Shown here in pieces: positions 63,206 to 64,000 of a stretch of DNA of 64,000 bases; positions within the stretch are counted from its first letter, which is position 1; every line of letters begins with the position of its first letter. The stretch is from contig NC_059433.1 in NCBI RefSeq assembly GCF_021028975.2, positions 59,768,001-59,832,000 of the forward strand, written 5' to 3'. The stretch comes from Sphaerodactylus townsendi (taxonomy: Eukaryota). The position numbers and the translations under genes are program-made. The notes under the pieces were generated by a model. That model did not search any database, was not told the origin of the DNA, and worked only from the letters and a program-made list of their open reading frames with translations.

Positions 63206-64000
63206 AGCAATGTTCAAAAATGTCTATTTTTATCCGTTTCATTCAATAGATAAGGAAAATGCAGACCTATTTTCAGCTATAAGTCACTCTATGACAGAGT
63301 TTAACAAAATACATAACTATTGGCCTGAAACCAGGATGTTGAAACCTGTGTGCGTGAGAGAGAGTCAAGATATTGACATAAGGGTATTTATTTACAACAT
63401 TTTAATGCTGCTTTCCAATCCCTGCAGGGTCCTCAAGTTGGTGAACATAAAAAACGTTAAAACATTTGACAAATCAGAAATACTGTTAAAATGAAAAAAA
63501 TGCAATTAAAAGGACAAACAACAAATTCCAACATTCCTCTAAGATATAAAACTGTTGGCAGCTTTATTCAGTTTATTCAGGAACTAATACTTAATAGTAA
63601 ATAGGAAACAGATAATATCCTAACTACACCACTTAGTGAGAAAGAGGAGACTGAGTACAACCTCTGAGAAGCAGGATATTGCCCTAAGTGTCACAATCCA
63701 GAAACCGACAAGAAATGATACTTAGCAGGAGAGAAGGTGGGGATCTCAGTGTCCTATCTAACTGCCCTTTTGTTACATCTTGTAGGGTCTTCTTCTGTTC
63801 TTTGTGTACCAGACAATACATATTCCAATAAAAACAAGGTGAACTTGGTCTATGAATGTGTTAAATCATGAGTGTCAAACTCATTTGTTACAAGGGATGG
63901 ATATAAATGTCACTTGGTCAGGCTGTGCCATTTGCACCATAAAATTTAATGCCTAGTACTGGAAATACAAACTTTACAGAAGACATCAGCAAAGCCAATT

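Overview
Eukaryotic genomic DNA from a squamate, probably a gecko judging by its SINE families. The window holds two spliced + strand genes in the conserved vertebrate order. SGK3 has 16 coding exons (8571-34424) that join in frame to a 490-aa PX-domain AGC kinase with intact catalytic and regulatory motifs; its promoter and first non-coding exon appear to lie upstream of the window. MCMDC2 has 14 coding exons (45240-63064) giving a 685-aa meiotic MCM-like protein. All exon boundaries were read by hand as GT-AG and phase-checked. Introns carry many tRNA-, 5S- and Sauria-type SINEs, CR1/L2/RTE LINE remnants and hAT, Tc1-mariner and Harbinger-like MITEs. Most ORF-track entries are noise. The most unusual observations are: (1) a rearranged copy of the first SGK3 coding exon written into a SINE 1.2 kb downstream, with template-switch signatures and a dead splice donor; (2) an open, phase-matched path for an in-frame SGK3-MCMDC2 read-through fusion; (3) a chain of minus-strand exon candidates between the two genes; (4) a CR1 insertion bracketed by inverted copies of its own tail. 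Repeat family names come from recalled consensus sequences, not a database search.
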